From NCBI GenBank assembly GCA_013151235.1, contig JAADIO010000035.1:62001-82567 (forward strand): a stretch of 20,567 nt of DNA, given 5' to 3'. The notes under the pieces are model-generated. The model was not told the origin of the DNA, made no database searches, and saw only the letters and a list, made by a program, of their open reading frames with translations. This DNA comes from Deltaproteobacteria bacterium. Its GTDB lineage: Bacteria; CG2-30-53-67. Below are positions 1 through 8,436 of the stretch, piece by piece (the stretch's first letter is position 1; every line of letters begins with the position of its first letter). The translations under genes were made by a program, and so were the position numbers.

Positions 1-499
1 CCCCGAACCCCTCAGGGACCTTCAGATCTTTCAGAATCTTTTTCATCGCTGACCGCTCTTCATCATCCTCGATCTTCCGGGAGACCCCACCACTCTTGCT
101 CCCCGGCATGACAACCAGAAAACGGCCGGGAAGAGAGAGATACGTCGTCATGTAGGCCCCTTTTTGATCTCGTTCCTCCCGGACCACCTGGATCAGGACC
201 TCCATTCCCTTCTCGATCACATCCTGAATGCGCGGCCTACCCTTGGCGTTTTTCCGGCCTTTATAATAGGAATGATGAATCTCCCGAAAAGGAAGAAATC
301 CATTTTTGCGTTCCCCATACTCGACAAAGGCCACCTGGAGACTCGGTTCCACCCGCACCACCGTCCCTTTGTAGATATTGCCTTTATGCCGTTCGGCGGC
401 GGCCGTCTCGACCCCCAACTCTTCCAGAACGCCATTGTCTACAATCGCAACACGGCTTTCTTCCGCGTGAATCGCGTTGATCAACATCTGTTTTGCCAT
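1..499 (-). CDS. rne: Ribonuclease E/G family (Rne/Rng), N-terminal part; runs off the window edge
   Basis: Not in the ORF track. Manual translation from ATG at 499 gives [28 protein letters not shown]...[37 protein letters not shown]...[31 protein letters not shown], the typical RNase E/G N-terminus and S1 domain. GGGAG SD lies upstream. Confidence 0.93.
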   Translation of the reverse strand, partial: [166 protein letters not shown]

Positions 500-546
500 C
501 GTTTCTCCCGATACCTCACAGGGAACCCCTTCACCGGGGATTCATT

Positions 547-1113
547 CTACTTCAAATAAGCCTTCTGAATATGGATCGGTTTCAGGGGGTTGTCTCTTCG
601 ATCCCTGGGAGCCTGGACGATCTTGTCCACCACGTCCATCCCCTCCACCACTTTTCCGAAGACCGTGTATTTGCCGTCCAGGTAAGCCGCCCGGGCTACG
701 CAGATAAAAAACTGGGAACCGGCACTGTTTGGATCCTGTCTCCTCGCCATCGAAAGGGTCCCTCGTACATGATGGTGAGCATTGAATTCCGCCGGGATGG
801 TATAACCCGGTCCGCCCATTCCATCATTGTTGCGGTTATGATCCTTCGTATTGGGATCTCCGCCCTGAATCATGAAACCGGGGATCACCCGGTGGAAATA
901 GGTCCCGTCATAGAAACCCTCCCTGATCAACTTCTTGAAATTTTTAACCGTCTTCGGCGCGTCCTCGGGATAAAAAGAGAGTACGATTTTCCCCGCATCC
1001 GTCTCGAGAACAGCCAGGGTATCCTTTTTCTGTTTGGCCGCAAAACCCTGTCCCGAGAGCAGGGAGAAAATAACAACCAATGAAACCATGACGGAATAGA
1101 CTTTCCATTTCAT
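547..1113 (-). CDS. Cyclophilin-type peptidyl-prolyl cis-trans isomerase with signal peptide (exported)
   Basis: Motifs FHRVIPGFMIQGGDP, GTLSMAR, SAGSQFFI and LDGKYTVFG. Start placed at MKWKVY (ATG 1113, GGAG SD, ATGA overlap with the engB stop), followed by a hydrophobic signal peptide ending in ...GFAA. Confidence 0.93.
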   Translation of the reverse strand: MKWKVYSVMVSLVVIFSLLSGQGFAAKQKKDTLAVLETDAGKIVLSFYPEDAPKTVKNFKKLIREGFYDGTYFHRVIPGFMIQGGDPNTKDHNRNNDGMGGPGYTIPAEFNAHHHVRGTLSMARRQDPNSAGSQFFICVARAAYLDGKYTVFGKVVEGMDVVDKIVQAPRDRRDNPLKPIHIQKAYLK

Positions 1114-1724
1114 TTTTTCTTCTCCTTTTCGGCGCCGCCGGTTTTCAGGAACTCTTGCAAGCACTCCCAAACTTGATCTTTCCCGTTGGAATCAGCAGCC
1201 GAAAAGAGTACCAGCGGTTCCTCCTTCGGGATGCCGAGACCGAAGCGAATCATCGAAGCCTGTTTGAAATTCTTCTGCCGGGAGAGTTTATCCGATTTGG
1301 TGGCTACAGTCAATACAGGGATCCGATGATAGAGCAGATATTCCCGCATGACCTTGTCCGAAGCGGCAGGTGGGTGCCGTACATCAACAATATGAACGAC
1401 AGCGGCCAGAAGAGGATTCCGTTCCAGGTAACGCTCCACCATCGGCCCGAACCCCTGCCGGACGGACGCCGGCACTTTTGCAAAGCCGTACCCCGGCAGA
1501 TCGACAAAATGAAAGGTTCCATTAATCCGGAAAAAATTGATAGTCTGAGTCCGGCCGGGCCGGGAACTGGTCTTGACGAGCCGTTTCCGGTTCAACAGTG
1601 TGTTGATAAGAGAGGATTTCCCCACATTGGAACGTCCGGCAAAGGCAATCTGCGGAATCTTCTGCGGTGGATAGTCTTTCTTGTGTACTGCGGAGACAAC
1701 AAACTCGGCGGCATGAATCTTCAG
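1110..1724 (-). CDS. engB: Ribosome biogenesis GTPase EngB/YihA/YsxC; probable CTG start
   Basis: G1 [10 protein letters not shown]2 PGRT, G3 DLPGYG, G4 TKSD. The track ORF (1625) begins inside G1. The frame extends to CTG at 1724 ([12 protein letters not shown]...YP...IAFAGRSN), with AAGGAG 5 nt upstream and an in-frame TGA 6 codons further up. Confidence 0.92.
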   Translation of the reverse strand: MKIHAAEFVVSAVHKKDYPPQKIPQIAFAGRSNVGKSSLINTLLNRKRLVKTSSRPGRTQTINFFRINGTFHFVDLPGYGFAKVPASVRQGFGPMVERYLERNPLLAAVVHIVDVRHPPAASDKVMREYLLYHRIPVLTVATKSDKLSRQKNFKQASMIRFGLGIPKEEPLVLFSAADSNGKDQVWECLQEFLKTGGAEKEKKK

Positions 1725-2962
1725 GCGGACTCCTTCTGCTCATAAATGAGCAACGGCTGTTCCTCCCCCTTGACCGCCTCTTCGGAGACGACACATTCCT
1801 TGACATTCACCTGAGAAGGAAGATCGTACATCACGTCAAGCATGACATTTTCCAGGACCGCCTTCAATCCCCTGGCACCGGTCTTCCGTTTCTGGGCGAT
1901 TCCGGCAACGGCCGTCAGGGCTTCATCGGAAAACTTCAGGGAGACTCCTTCAAACTCGAAGAATTTCTGGTACTGCTTGACCAATGCATTCTTCGGTTCG
2001 GTCAGAATCCGGACGAGGGCGGACTCGTCCAGTTCATCCAGGGCGGCATAGACGGGAAAACGGCCGACGAATTCAGGGATCAGACCATTCTTCAGGAGGT
2101 CTTGCGGCTCCACCTGGCACAGAATTTCTCCGATCGGTTTCTCTTTCCGGCTTTCCACCTTCGCCCCGAAGCCCATCGATTTCTCGCCGATCCGGTTCTC
2201 AATCACCTTATCAAGTCCCACAAAGGCACCGCCGCAGACAAAGAGAATATTGGTCGTGTCGACCTGGAGGAATTCCTGATGGGGGTGTTTCCGTCCTCCC
2301 TGGGGGGGGACATTCGCCGTCGTCCCTTCAATGATCTTCAGGAGGGCCTGCTGAACCCCCTCTCCGGAGACATCCCGGGTAATTGAGGGATTCTCCGTCT
2401 TCCGGGCAATCTTATCGATCTCATCGATATAGATAATCCCCTGCTGCGCACGTTCCACATCGTAGTCAGCACTCTGGAGGAGCTTCAGAATAATGTTTTC
2501 CACATCCTCTCCGACATAGCCCGCCTCCGTCAGGGTCGTGGCATCCACAATGGCAAAGGGGACATCGAGGATCCGGGCCAGGGTCTGGGCCAGAAGTGTT
2601 TTCCCACATCCGGTCGGACCGATGAGAAGGATATTGCTCTTCTGCAGTTCCACATCCCCAAGCTGTACCCTCGAAGCAAGCCGTTTGTAATGATTGTGTA
2701 CGGCGACGGAAAGAATCTTTTTGGCCCGGGACTGACCGATCACGTAGTCATCGAGAATTCTTTTGATCAACCGGGGCTCCGGGATCTTCTCGAACTTATC
2801 CACCTTCTTGACCTGCTTGTCCTCCGCCAAGATCTCGTTACAGAGGTTGATACATTCATCACAGATATAGACGGTATGCCCGGCAATCAGCTTCTTGACA
2901 TCTTCCTGACTCTTCCCACAGAAAGAACAGCGGAGGTTTTCCGAGCCCTTATTCTTTTTCAT
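1721..2962 (-). CDS. clpX: ATP-dependent Clp protease ATP-binding subunit ClpX
   Basis: C4 zinc finger CSFC...CDEC, Walker A GPTGCGKT, pore loop GYVG, Walker B YIDEID, RKH loop, IGF-like loop MGF, and GARGL. Confidence 0.98.
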   Translation of the reverse strand: MKKNKGSENLRCSFCGKSQEDVKKLIAGHTVYICDECINLCNEILAEDKQVKKVDKFEKIPEPRLIKRILDDYVIGQSRAKKILSVAVHNHYKRLASRVQLGDVELQKSNILLIGPTGCGKTLLAQTLARILDVPFAIVDATTLTEAGYVGEDVENIILKLLQSADYDVERAQQGIIYIDEIDKIARKTENPSITRDVSGEGVQQALLKIIEGTTANVPPQGGRKHPHQEFLQVDTTNILFVCGGAFVGLDKVIENRIGEKSMGFGAKVESRKEKPIGEILCQVEPQDLLKNGLIPEFVGRFPVYAALDELDESALVRILTEPKNALVKQYQKFFEFEGVSLKFSDEALTAVAGIAQKRKTGARGLKAVLENVMLDVMYDLPSQVNVKECVVSEEAVKGEEQPLLIYEQKESA

Positions 2963-2980
2963 TCCATACTCCCCGACGGT

Positions 2981-3589
2981 CTAACTCGTTTTTGTCTCTT
3001 CTGCCGGATTGCGCTGCACGATCACTTCATCGATCAATCCGTACTCCCTGGCTTCCTTCCCGTCCATAAAATAATCCCGGTCCGTATCCTTCTGGACTTT
3101 CTTGATTGTCTGTCCCGTATGCCGGGAGAGGATCTCATTCAGGGTCTCCTTGACCTTGAGCATCTCCCGGGCATGAATCTCCACATCGGATGCCTGCCCC
3201 TGGAACCCGCCCAGGGGTTGGTGGATCATGACGCGGGCATGAGGAAGAGCATACCGTTTTCCTGCCTCACCGGCCGCAAGCAGAAGTGCCCCCATGCTGG
3301 CCGCCTGACCGATACAGATTGTGGAGACCTTCGGCTTGATGTACTGCATGGTATCATAGATGGCCAGACCGGAGGTCACAACCCCCCCCGGCGAGTTGAT
3401 ATAGAGGTTGATATCCTTGTCCGGATCATCGGCTTCCAGAAAAAGGAGCTGGGCAATAATCAGGTTGGAGACATAATCATCAATGGCTGTCCCCACAAAA
3501 ACAATCCGGTCCTTCAGCAGGCGGGAGTAAATATCATAGGCACGCTCGCCTCGCGCAGTCTGTTCAACCACCATCGGGATCAGGGTCAT
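2981..3589 (-). CDS. clpP: ATP-dependent Clp protease proteolytic subunit ClpP
   Basis: [24 protein letters not shown]-terminus, YINSPGG, catalytic QAASMG / MIHQP / DRD. GGAG SD upstream. Confidence 0.98.
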   Translation of the reverse strand: MTLIPMVVEQTARGERAYDIYSRLLKDRIVFVGTAIDDYVSNLIIAQLLFLEADDPDKDINLYINSPGGVVTSGLAIYDTMQYIKPKVSTICIGQAASMGALLLAAGEAGKRYALPHARVMIHQPLGGFQGQASDVEIHAREMLKVKETLNEILSRHTGQTIKKVQKDTDRDYFMDGKEAREYGLIDEVIVQRNPAEETKTS

Positions 3590-3657
3590 TCCATCGCTCC
3601 TTTGGGAAATTCAAGAGAAGGAAAGATCATAAAAAAGGAGGGGAGTTTCGAGCTGTT

Positions 3658-4989
3658 TTATTCCTTTTCCTCGGGACTCCCCTTATCTGTAACTTTAGCA
3701 TTTTCGAGCAGAAAGTCAAGAACCTTTTCGTCTAAAAGCCCCATGCGTAAGGGTTCAATGGAACCCATCTTAATATTGTAAAACTCCAGCAATGCTTCCT
3801 TGGTCATGGAATTTTTCATGGCCTCTTCTTCAAGGGCCGCTTCCATTTCCGCTTCCGAAAGGGTGATCCCTTCTTTCTCGGCAATCTTCTCACTGATCAG
3901 ACTCCAGGTCACGTCCTGAAGCGCTTGTTTTTCCAGCCACATATCTTTTTCCGGCTCCAGGTCCGGCTCCGAGGTCCCTTCGAGAAGTCCGAATCGTTCC
4001 ATCAGGGAATGTTTCTGACGAGCCACCATAACCTCCGGAACCTCCACCGGATTCCTCCGAATAATTTCCTCCTTCAGATTCTTACGAAGATCCTCTTTTC
4101 GTTTCATCTCTTCCTGTTCCCGGTATTTCTCCCGAATCTTCTCTTTCAGTTCATCCAGCGTTTCAAACTCTTCCCCCATATCTTTGGCAAACTCATCGTC
4201 CAGTTCCGGCAGCCGTTTCTCTTTAATATCCTTGACGGCAATCTTGAAAACCGCCTCCTTCCCGGAAATTTTTTCCTCTCCATAATCTTCGGGAAAGGTA
4301 AGCGTCAGCTCCTTTTCCTCCCCCTTTTTCATTCCGATGATGCCCTCTTCAAAGCCGGGGATCATTTTGCCGGTTCCCAGTTCCAGAAGATGGTTTTCAA
4401 CCTTTCCTCCGGGAAAGGGTTCCCCGTCGATGGTCCCCTCGAAATCCGCTTCCACCACATCCCCCTTCGCCGCAGCGTGGGTTTCATCTTCGTAAGATGA
4501 CAGTTCCGCATGCCCGTCACGCATCGTCTCCAAGACTCTTTTCACAACCCCATCCGCTTCTTCCACCTTCCGGTCAGGGACCGGAATACCGAGATAATCC
4601 CGGACATCAAATTCCGGCAGCACATAAACCGTTGCCTCAAAATGAAAAGGGTCGCCTTCCTTCAAATGAACACTCCGAATAACCGGCAGATCCACGGGCT
4701 GGATCTTCGCCTTCGTGACGGCCTTGTCAAAATAACTCGGCAAGAGCCGTTGCACAAGATCCTCTTCCACATCCCGGCCGAAACGTTGGCGAACCATCCG
4801 AATCGGAACCTTTCCCGCACGAAAGCCCGGAAGTTTCACTTTCTTTTGAAAGGTTCGATAGCTTTTTTCCAGAACCGTAGAAATTTCATCCGCCGAAACC
4901 TCTACCGTCAACTCTTTTTTGGTGGGACTTACATCTTCGAGCTTGTATGAAAAATCCCCTGCTTCCTCATTCACCATTCCGGTTTCCAT
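3658..4989 (-). CDS. tig: Trigger factor
   Basis: Ribosome-binding signature GFRAGKVP and FKBP domain (DFEGTIDGEPF, MIPGFEEGIIGMK, FPEDY) in the canonical tig-clpP-clpX order. Start is uncertain: 4989 has a GAGG SD, 4977 is the alternative. Confidence 0.95.
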   Translation of the reverse strand: METGMVNEEAGDFSYKLEDVSPTKKELTVEVSADEISTVLEKSYRTFQKKVKLPGFRAGKVPIRMVRQRFGRDVEEDLVQRLLPSYFDKAVTKAKIQPVDLPVIRSVHLKEGDPFHFEATVYVLPEFDVRDYLGIPVPDRKVEEADGVVKRVLETMRDGHAELSSYEDETHAAAKGDVVEADFEGTIDGEPFPGGKVENHLLELGTGKMIPGFEEGIIGMKKGEEKELTLTFPEDYGEEKISGKEAVFKIAVKDIKEKRLPELDDEFAKDMGEEFETLDELKEKIREKYREQEEMKRKEDLRKNLKEEIIRRNPVEVPEVMVARQKHSLMERFGLLEGTSEPDLEPEKDMWLEKQALQDVTWSLISEKIAEKEGITLSEAEMEAALEEEAMKNSMTKEALLEFYNIKMGSIEPLRMGLLDEKVLDFLLENAKVTDKGSPEEKE

Positions 4990-5122
4990 CCTTTCCTCAT
5001 GAACCGGAATCATCCGGTTCTGACCGATACGTATTTCCTCTTCGCGGGAGACCCCATGGATTCTCTTACGCCGACCTTCCTCTGCGTTCCCCAGCTACAC
5101 CCGGACTGTCCATGTATGCAAC

Positions 5123-5208
5123 TGGTGCGAGAGGGGGGACTCGAACCCCCAACCGCATTGCGGGCTAGATCCTAAATCTAGTGCGTATACCCGTTTCGCC
5201 ACTCTCGC
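5123..5208 (-). tRNA. tRNA-Leu (anticodon TAG), CCA encoded
   Basis: GCGAGAG/CTCTCGC acceptor stem plus A-CCA, D-loop TGGCGAAACGGGTATAC, anticodon arm CTAGA-TTTAGGA-TCTAG, long variable arm, T arm GGGGG-TTCGAGT-CCCCC. The position upstream of tig is typical. Confidence 0.96.
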
Positions 5209-5303
5209 GAAAAAACACGGCAAGATCCCCGGTCGGCATCATGGTCTGTCCATCCGCATCCGCGATGCAATCAACCGCGAAGAATCATTGAAAATCGAAA
5301 GTT

Positions 5304-5331
5304 ATTATAGACACTTTTTCCACACTGTCAA
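5304..5331 (-). promoter_or_regulatory. Consensus sigma70 promoter for tRNA-Leu/tig
   Basis: TTGACA-16 nt-TATAAT perfect match on the minus strand, about 95 nt upstream of the tRNA. Confidence 0.8.
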
Positions 5332-5409
5332 CAAATTGTTTCCCTGTACACCCGGGAATCAGACAGGACGGAATTCCTCCCATATTCTTCCTTCCCCTCC
5401 AAAAAAAAC

Positions 5410-5439
5410 TTGCCCGATTTCACCTGTGCCGGTTAAAAT
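5410..5439 (+). promoter_or_regulatory. Putative sigma70 promoter for the Cys-rich small protein
   Basis: TTGCCC-18 nt-TAAAAT preceded by an A-tract (UP-like), divergent from the tRNA promoter. Confidence 0.4.
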
Positions 5440-5541
5440 GAACTTATAAGGAAAGAGAGTTGCTCTGGAACAGATACCGGCCGACATCAATGATTTCACG
5501 GCAATCGGCAATGGCAGTCAATCAACGGAGGAGAGGAAACC

Positions 5542-5847
5542 ATGGCGGAGAAACTCAACTGTTGGGAGATCAAGAAATGCGGCCGGGAAGAGGGAGGCGA
5601 CAAAACAAACGAGATGGGTGTCTGTCCGGGGGCATCGGACAGTTTTAGTGACGGAATCAACGGCGGGAAAAACGGCGGCCGGATCTGCTGGGCCGTGGCC
5701 GGTACCTTCTGCGGCGGGAAGGTTCAGGGATCATATGCAGTTAAACATCTCTCCTGCATGACCTGCGAATTCTTCAAAAAAGTCGAAGCGGAGGAAGGGA
5801 TCGGCAAGTTCAAAATTCTGCCCCCCCACCAGGTGTACCCCAAATAG
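5542..5847 (+). CDS. Small Cys-rich protein of the 'two-CW' domain type (function unknown, probable metal/Fe-S binding)
   Basis: GGAGGAGAGG SD. Pattern NCWE..KCGRE...CP...NGGKNGGRICWAVAGTFCGGKVQG...CxxC.FF, with 7 Cys in 101 aa. Confidence 0.8.
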   Translation: MAEKLNCWEIKKCGREEGGDKTNEMGVCPGASDSFSDGINGGKNGGRICWAVAGTFCGGKVQGSYAVKHLSCMTCEFFKKVEAEEGIGKFKILPPHQVYPK

Positions 5848-5915
5848 TTTATGGATGGAAGAAAAGATCCGTTCCGCCCCCGGTCGGGCGAAAATCCGGA
5901 AAACCTTTTAATCCC

Positions 5916-6086
5916 TCAGCCGGAAACTTCACTGCGGCGTTCCCGCTGCCGACGAACCACCGTCCTCCGGTCGTAAAGCTTCCTGCTTGGCGTATAGAAC
6001 CCGTTTTCAGAGTAGGTTCTTCGATCAATGCCGCTACGCCGGTCGACGCCGGATCTTCGGTCCAAACCTGTCCGCCGCTCCTTCAT
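5916..6086 (-). CDS. Small Arg-rich (D/E)RR-repeat hypothetical protein (56 aa)
   Basis: GGAGGGGGT immediately before ATG 6086. Sequence MKERRTGLDRRSGVDRRSGIDRR...DRRTVVRRQRERR; the repeats are conserved at protein level with divergent codons. Confidence 0.65.
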   Translation of the reverse strand: MKERRTGLDRRSGVDRRSGIDRRTYSENGFYTPSRKLYDRRTVVRRQRERRSEVSG

Positions 6087-6164
6087 ACCCCCTCCATATA
6101 AATAGCCTTCATCCGGAATCGTTTTTTTTAAAGATATCAGAGAATGACATTCTGTCAAGACGGA

Positions 6165-8258
6165 TCAGAGGTTTTTTAATCTCCGCAGAGTCTCTTCCGG
6201 TCCCGCCATCAGCAGCAGATCCTCCCTTTCGATGACGGTATCCGGTTTCGGCATCACATCCGGCATATCCCCTCCCCTTCCATGCGTCTTCTCCGGTTTC
6301 TTTATCAGATAGACCTGTACGCCGTAACGCCGACGCAGGGCCAGCTCCTGCAGATTTTTCCCAACAAAAGAAGCGGGCGCCTTCATCTCGATCAAGGCAA
6401 AACCATTGGACAGGGTCTCCATCCCGTTGCCGCCGACTCGATCCATTCCCTCCCGGATCTCCGCCAGGGTATCCTGTTTGAAGATCTCACGGTTATAGGC
6501 CTCGATCACCTCCGTTTCCCGGACCCGCCCCAGGAGCCTGGTCGGGTCGCCGGCATCCAGGACGGGGATCTCCGCCAGGTCGGTTCTGCCGAAAAGGTGC
6601 ATCGCCTGATCCAAGTTATCCCCGGGGTGAAGTACGGGAAACTCCGTGGAGATCAGGTCCTTTGCCACGAGCAAGTCCTTCAGGGCATCAACATCCCCCA
6701 AAATCATGGAAAGGTCTTTCAGATTGATCGTGCCGAGGAAGTGACGGTCCTTCCCGAAAACATAGAAAACCCCTTCCCGCGAATCGGCCATCTGGTGAAC
6801 CAGTTGACGGAAAGGCAGATCTTCCTGAATCGGCTCGACCGTATCAATCACATCGCGGACATGCAGCTTTCGGAGGACATTCATCTCCTTCCCCTGAAAA
6901 ATATTGATTCCCCGGAGCGCCAGTTTCAGGGTGTAGATCGATTCCTTCTCCAGTTTGTTGGCCACAAGCGAACTGACGATACAGCTGATCATGAGCGGCA
7001 GGATGATCTTATAATCATTGGTCAATTCGAAGATAATCAGGATCGCCGTAATTGGTGCATGCGTCGCCCCGGAGACCACGGCCCCCATGCCGACCAGGGC
7101 ATAGGCCCCGGCCGCGGCGGTCATCGAGGGAAAGAAGGCATGGACGGCCGAACCGAAAAAACCGCCGGACATGGCCCCGATAAAGAGGGAGGGGGCGAAA
7201 ATCCCGCCGGAACCGCCGGAACCGAGCGTAACCGACGTTGCGACCAGCTTCACGAAGATCAGGAGAAAAAGGAAATACCAGGTCAGCTGCCCATGAAGGG
7301 CGAGGTTGATCGTCTCATAGCCGACCCCGAAGATATGGGGAAAACCAATCGCGATCATTCCGATCATGATTCCGCCGACCGCCGGCTGAAGCGCCTCGTG
7401 GATCGGCATCCTTTCAAAGGCGGATTCGGAGTAATAAAGGACCCGGATAAAGGCGAGAGCAACAATTCCGCAGAAGAGTCCCATGCCGAAATAGAAGATT
7501 AATTCATAGGGACTGACGAGATGGTAGGGAGGAACTTCGAAAGCGGCAAAATCGCCGAGGTAGTGGCGGGAAACAACCGTGGCCATGACCGAGGAGATCA
7601 CGATCGGGCTGAACCGGGTCAGTCCGAAATCGCCGAGAATGATCTCCACGGCAAAGAGCGCCCCGGCGATGGGGGCGTTGAATGCAGCGGCAATCCCCGC
7701 TGCGGCGCCGCAAGCCACGAAGGTCCGAAGGCGCCTCCCCGAGACCATGAACAACTGGCCGATGGTAGAACCAATACTGGAGCCGATCTGTACCACCGGC
7801 CCTTCCCTGCCGACGGAACCACCGGTCCCGATGGAAAGGGCCGAGGCCAGCGCCTTGATCAAAGCCACCCGGGGGCGGATCACACCATCCCGGATGACCA
7901 CTGCCTCCATGACCTCCGGGACCCCGTGCCCCTTCGCCTCTTTGGCGAGATAGTAGATCAGGGGCCCCACGATCAGCCCGCCCGCCGCGGGAATCAGGAT
8001 CTTTTCGTACCAAGGGAGTCCGGCCGCAAGATCGAGAATGTTTAAACCCGGCCCGAAAGAAACTTCCTGGAAGAACTTGATCATGAAACGGACGCCGATC
8101 GCCCCGAACCCCGCGAGGAGCCCGATCACGATCGCCACAAGGATCACGAAGGTGTGCTCCGTCATCTTCATCCGCTCCATGCGGAATGTCAGATAGCGCT
8201 TCCACGCCTGAAGCAGGCGTCCCCGGAGGGGAATTTTTTTGGCCGTGTCAACCTTCAA
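6165..8258 (-). CDS. CLC-family chloride channel/transporter with tandem CBS domains and C-terminal TrkA_C (RCK_C) domain
   Basis: Signatures GHGVPE, GREGP, AAAFNAP, GGIFAP and SIY with many TM segments. CBS pair after about residue 460 and TrkA_C-like tail (FVGKNLQELALRRRYGVQVYLIKK...PKPDTVIEREDLL). The TTG start is uncertain. Confidence 0.93.
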   Translation of the reverse strand: MKVDTAKKIPLRGRLLQAWKRYLTFRMERMKMTEHTFVILVAIVIGLLAGFGAIGVRFMIKFFQEVSFGPGLNILDLAAGLPWYEKILIPAAGGLIVGPLIYYLAKEAKGHGVPEVMEAVVIRDGVIRPRVALIKALASALSIGTGGSVGREGPVVQIGSSIGSTIGQLFMVSGRRLRTFVACGAAAGIAAAFNAPIAGALFAVEIILGDFGLTRFSPIVISSVMATVVSRHYLGDFAAFEVPPYHLVSPYELIFYFGMGLFCGIVALAFIRVLYYSESAFERMPIHEALQPAVGGIMIGMIAIGFPHIFGVGYETINLALHGQLTWYFLFLLIFVKLVATSVTLGSGGSGGIFAPSLFIGAMSGGFFGSAVHAFFPSMTAAAGAYALVGMGAVVSGATHAPITAILIIFELTNDYKIILPLMISCIVSSLVANKLEKESIYTLKLALRGINIFQGKEMNVLRKLHVRDVIDTVEPIQEDLPFRQLVHQMADSREGVFYVFGKDRHFLGTINLKDLSMILGDVDALKDLLVAKDLISTEFPVLHPGDNLDQAMHLFGRTDLAEIPVLDAGDPTRLLGRVRETEVIEAYNREIFKQDTLAEIREGMDRVGGNGMETLSNGFALIEMKAPASFVGKNLQELALRRRYGVQVYLIKKPEKTHGRGGDMPDVMPKPDTVIEREDLLLMAGPEETLRRLKNL

Positions 8259-8357
8259 AGGCTCACCCGCGCAGAATCTCTTTTGAAGGGGAAAAATACA
8301 GGTCTCTTTTTTATCTTTGCAAAGTCACGTTGTGAAGTCAACAGAAACATAATGGAA

Positions 8358-8386
8358 TAGACAAACAAAGGGATTTGCAGTATAAA
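8358..8386 (+). promoter_or_regulatory. Putative sigma70 promoter for the nfeD operon
   Basis: TAGACA-17 nt-TATAAA in the AT-rich divergent intergenic region, 50 nt upstream of ATG 8437. Confidence 0.5.
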
Positions 8387-8436
8387 ATGGAATGCATACA
8401 GCGGCTGAAAAGTTTTGCTCACTTTCAGGAGGTTTC

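Noticed and set aside
164-4950. Long plus-strand ORFs (e.g. 493-1083, 1155-1745, 1667-2386, 2690-3781, 3925-4500)
   Set aside because: They are antisense shadows of clearly recognisable housekeeping genes and show no motifs. Such ORFs are expected from codon bias in GC-rich DNA.
4947-5168. 73-aa ORF overlapping the tRNA
   Set aside because: It is antisense to tRNA-Leu and the tig leader; GARGGTRTP is simply the translated tRNA complement.
5030-5208. tRNA as integration site of an island or prophage
   Set aside because: No integrase and no duplicated tRNA 3' end seen; the tRNA 3' side runs directly into tig.
5871-5895. Terminator between the convergent small genes
   Set aside because: Only a 5-bp core stem (CGCCC/GGGCG) with a weak U-tract; plausible but too weak to call.
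6282-8205. 406-aa plus-strand ORF and other alternative-frame ORFs over the CLC gene
   Set aside because: They are shadow frames with no recognisable family or SD, and the CLC frame explains the region.
8313-8341. Palindromes CTTTGCAAAG and TCACGTTGTGA in the CLC/nfeD divergent region, and a weak TTGACT-17-AAAGAT minus-strand promoter
   Set aside because: They are short, match no regulator consensus I can name, and could arise by chance in AT-rich DNA.
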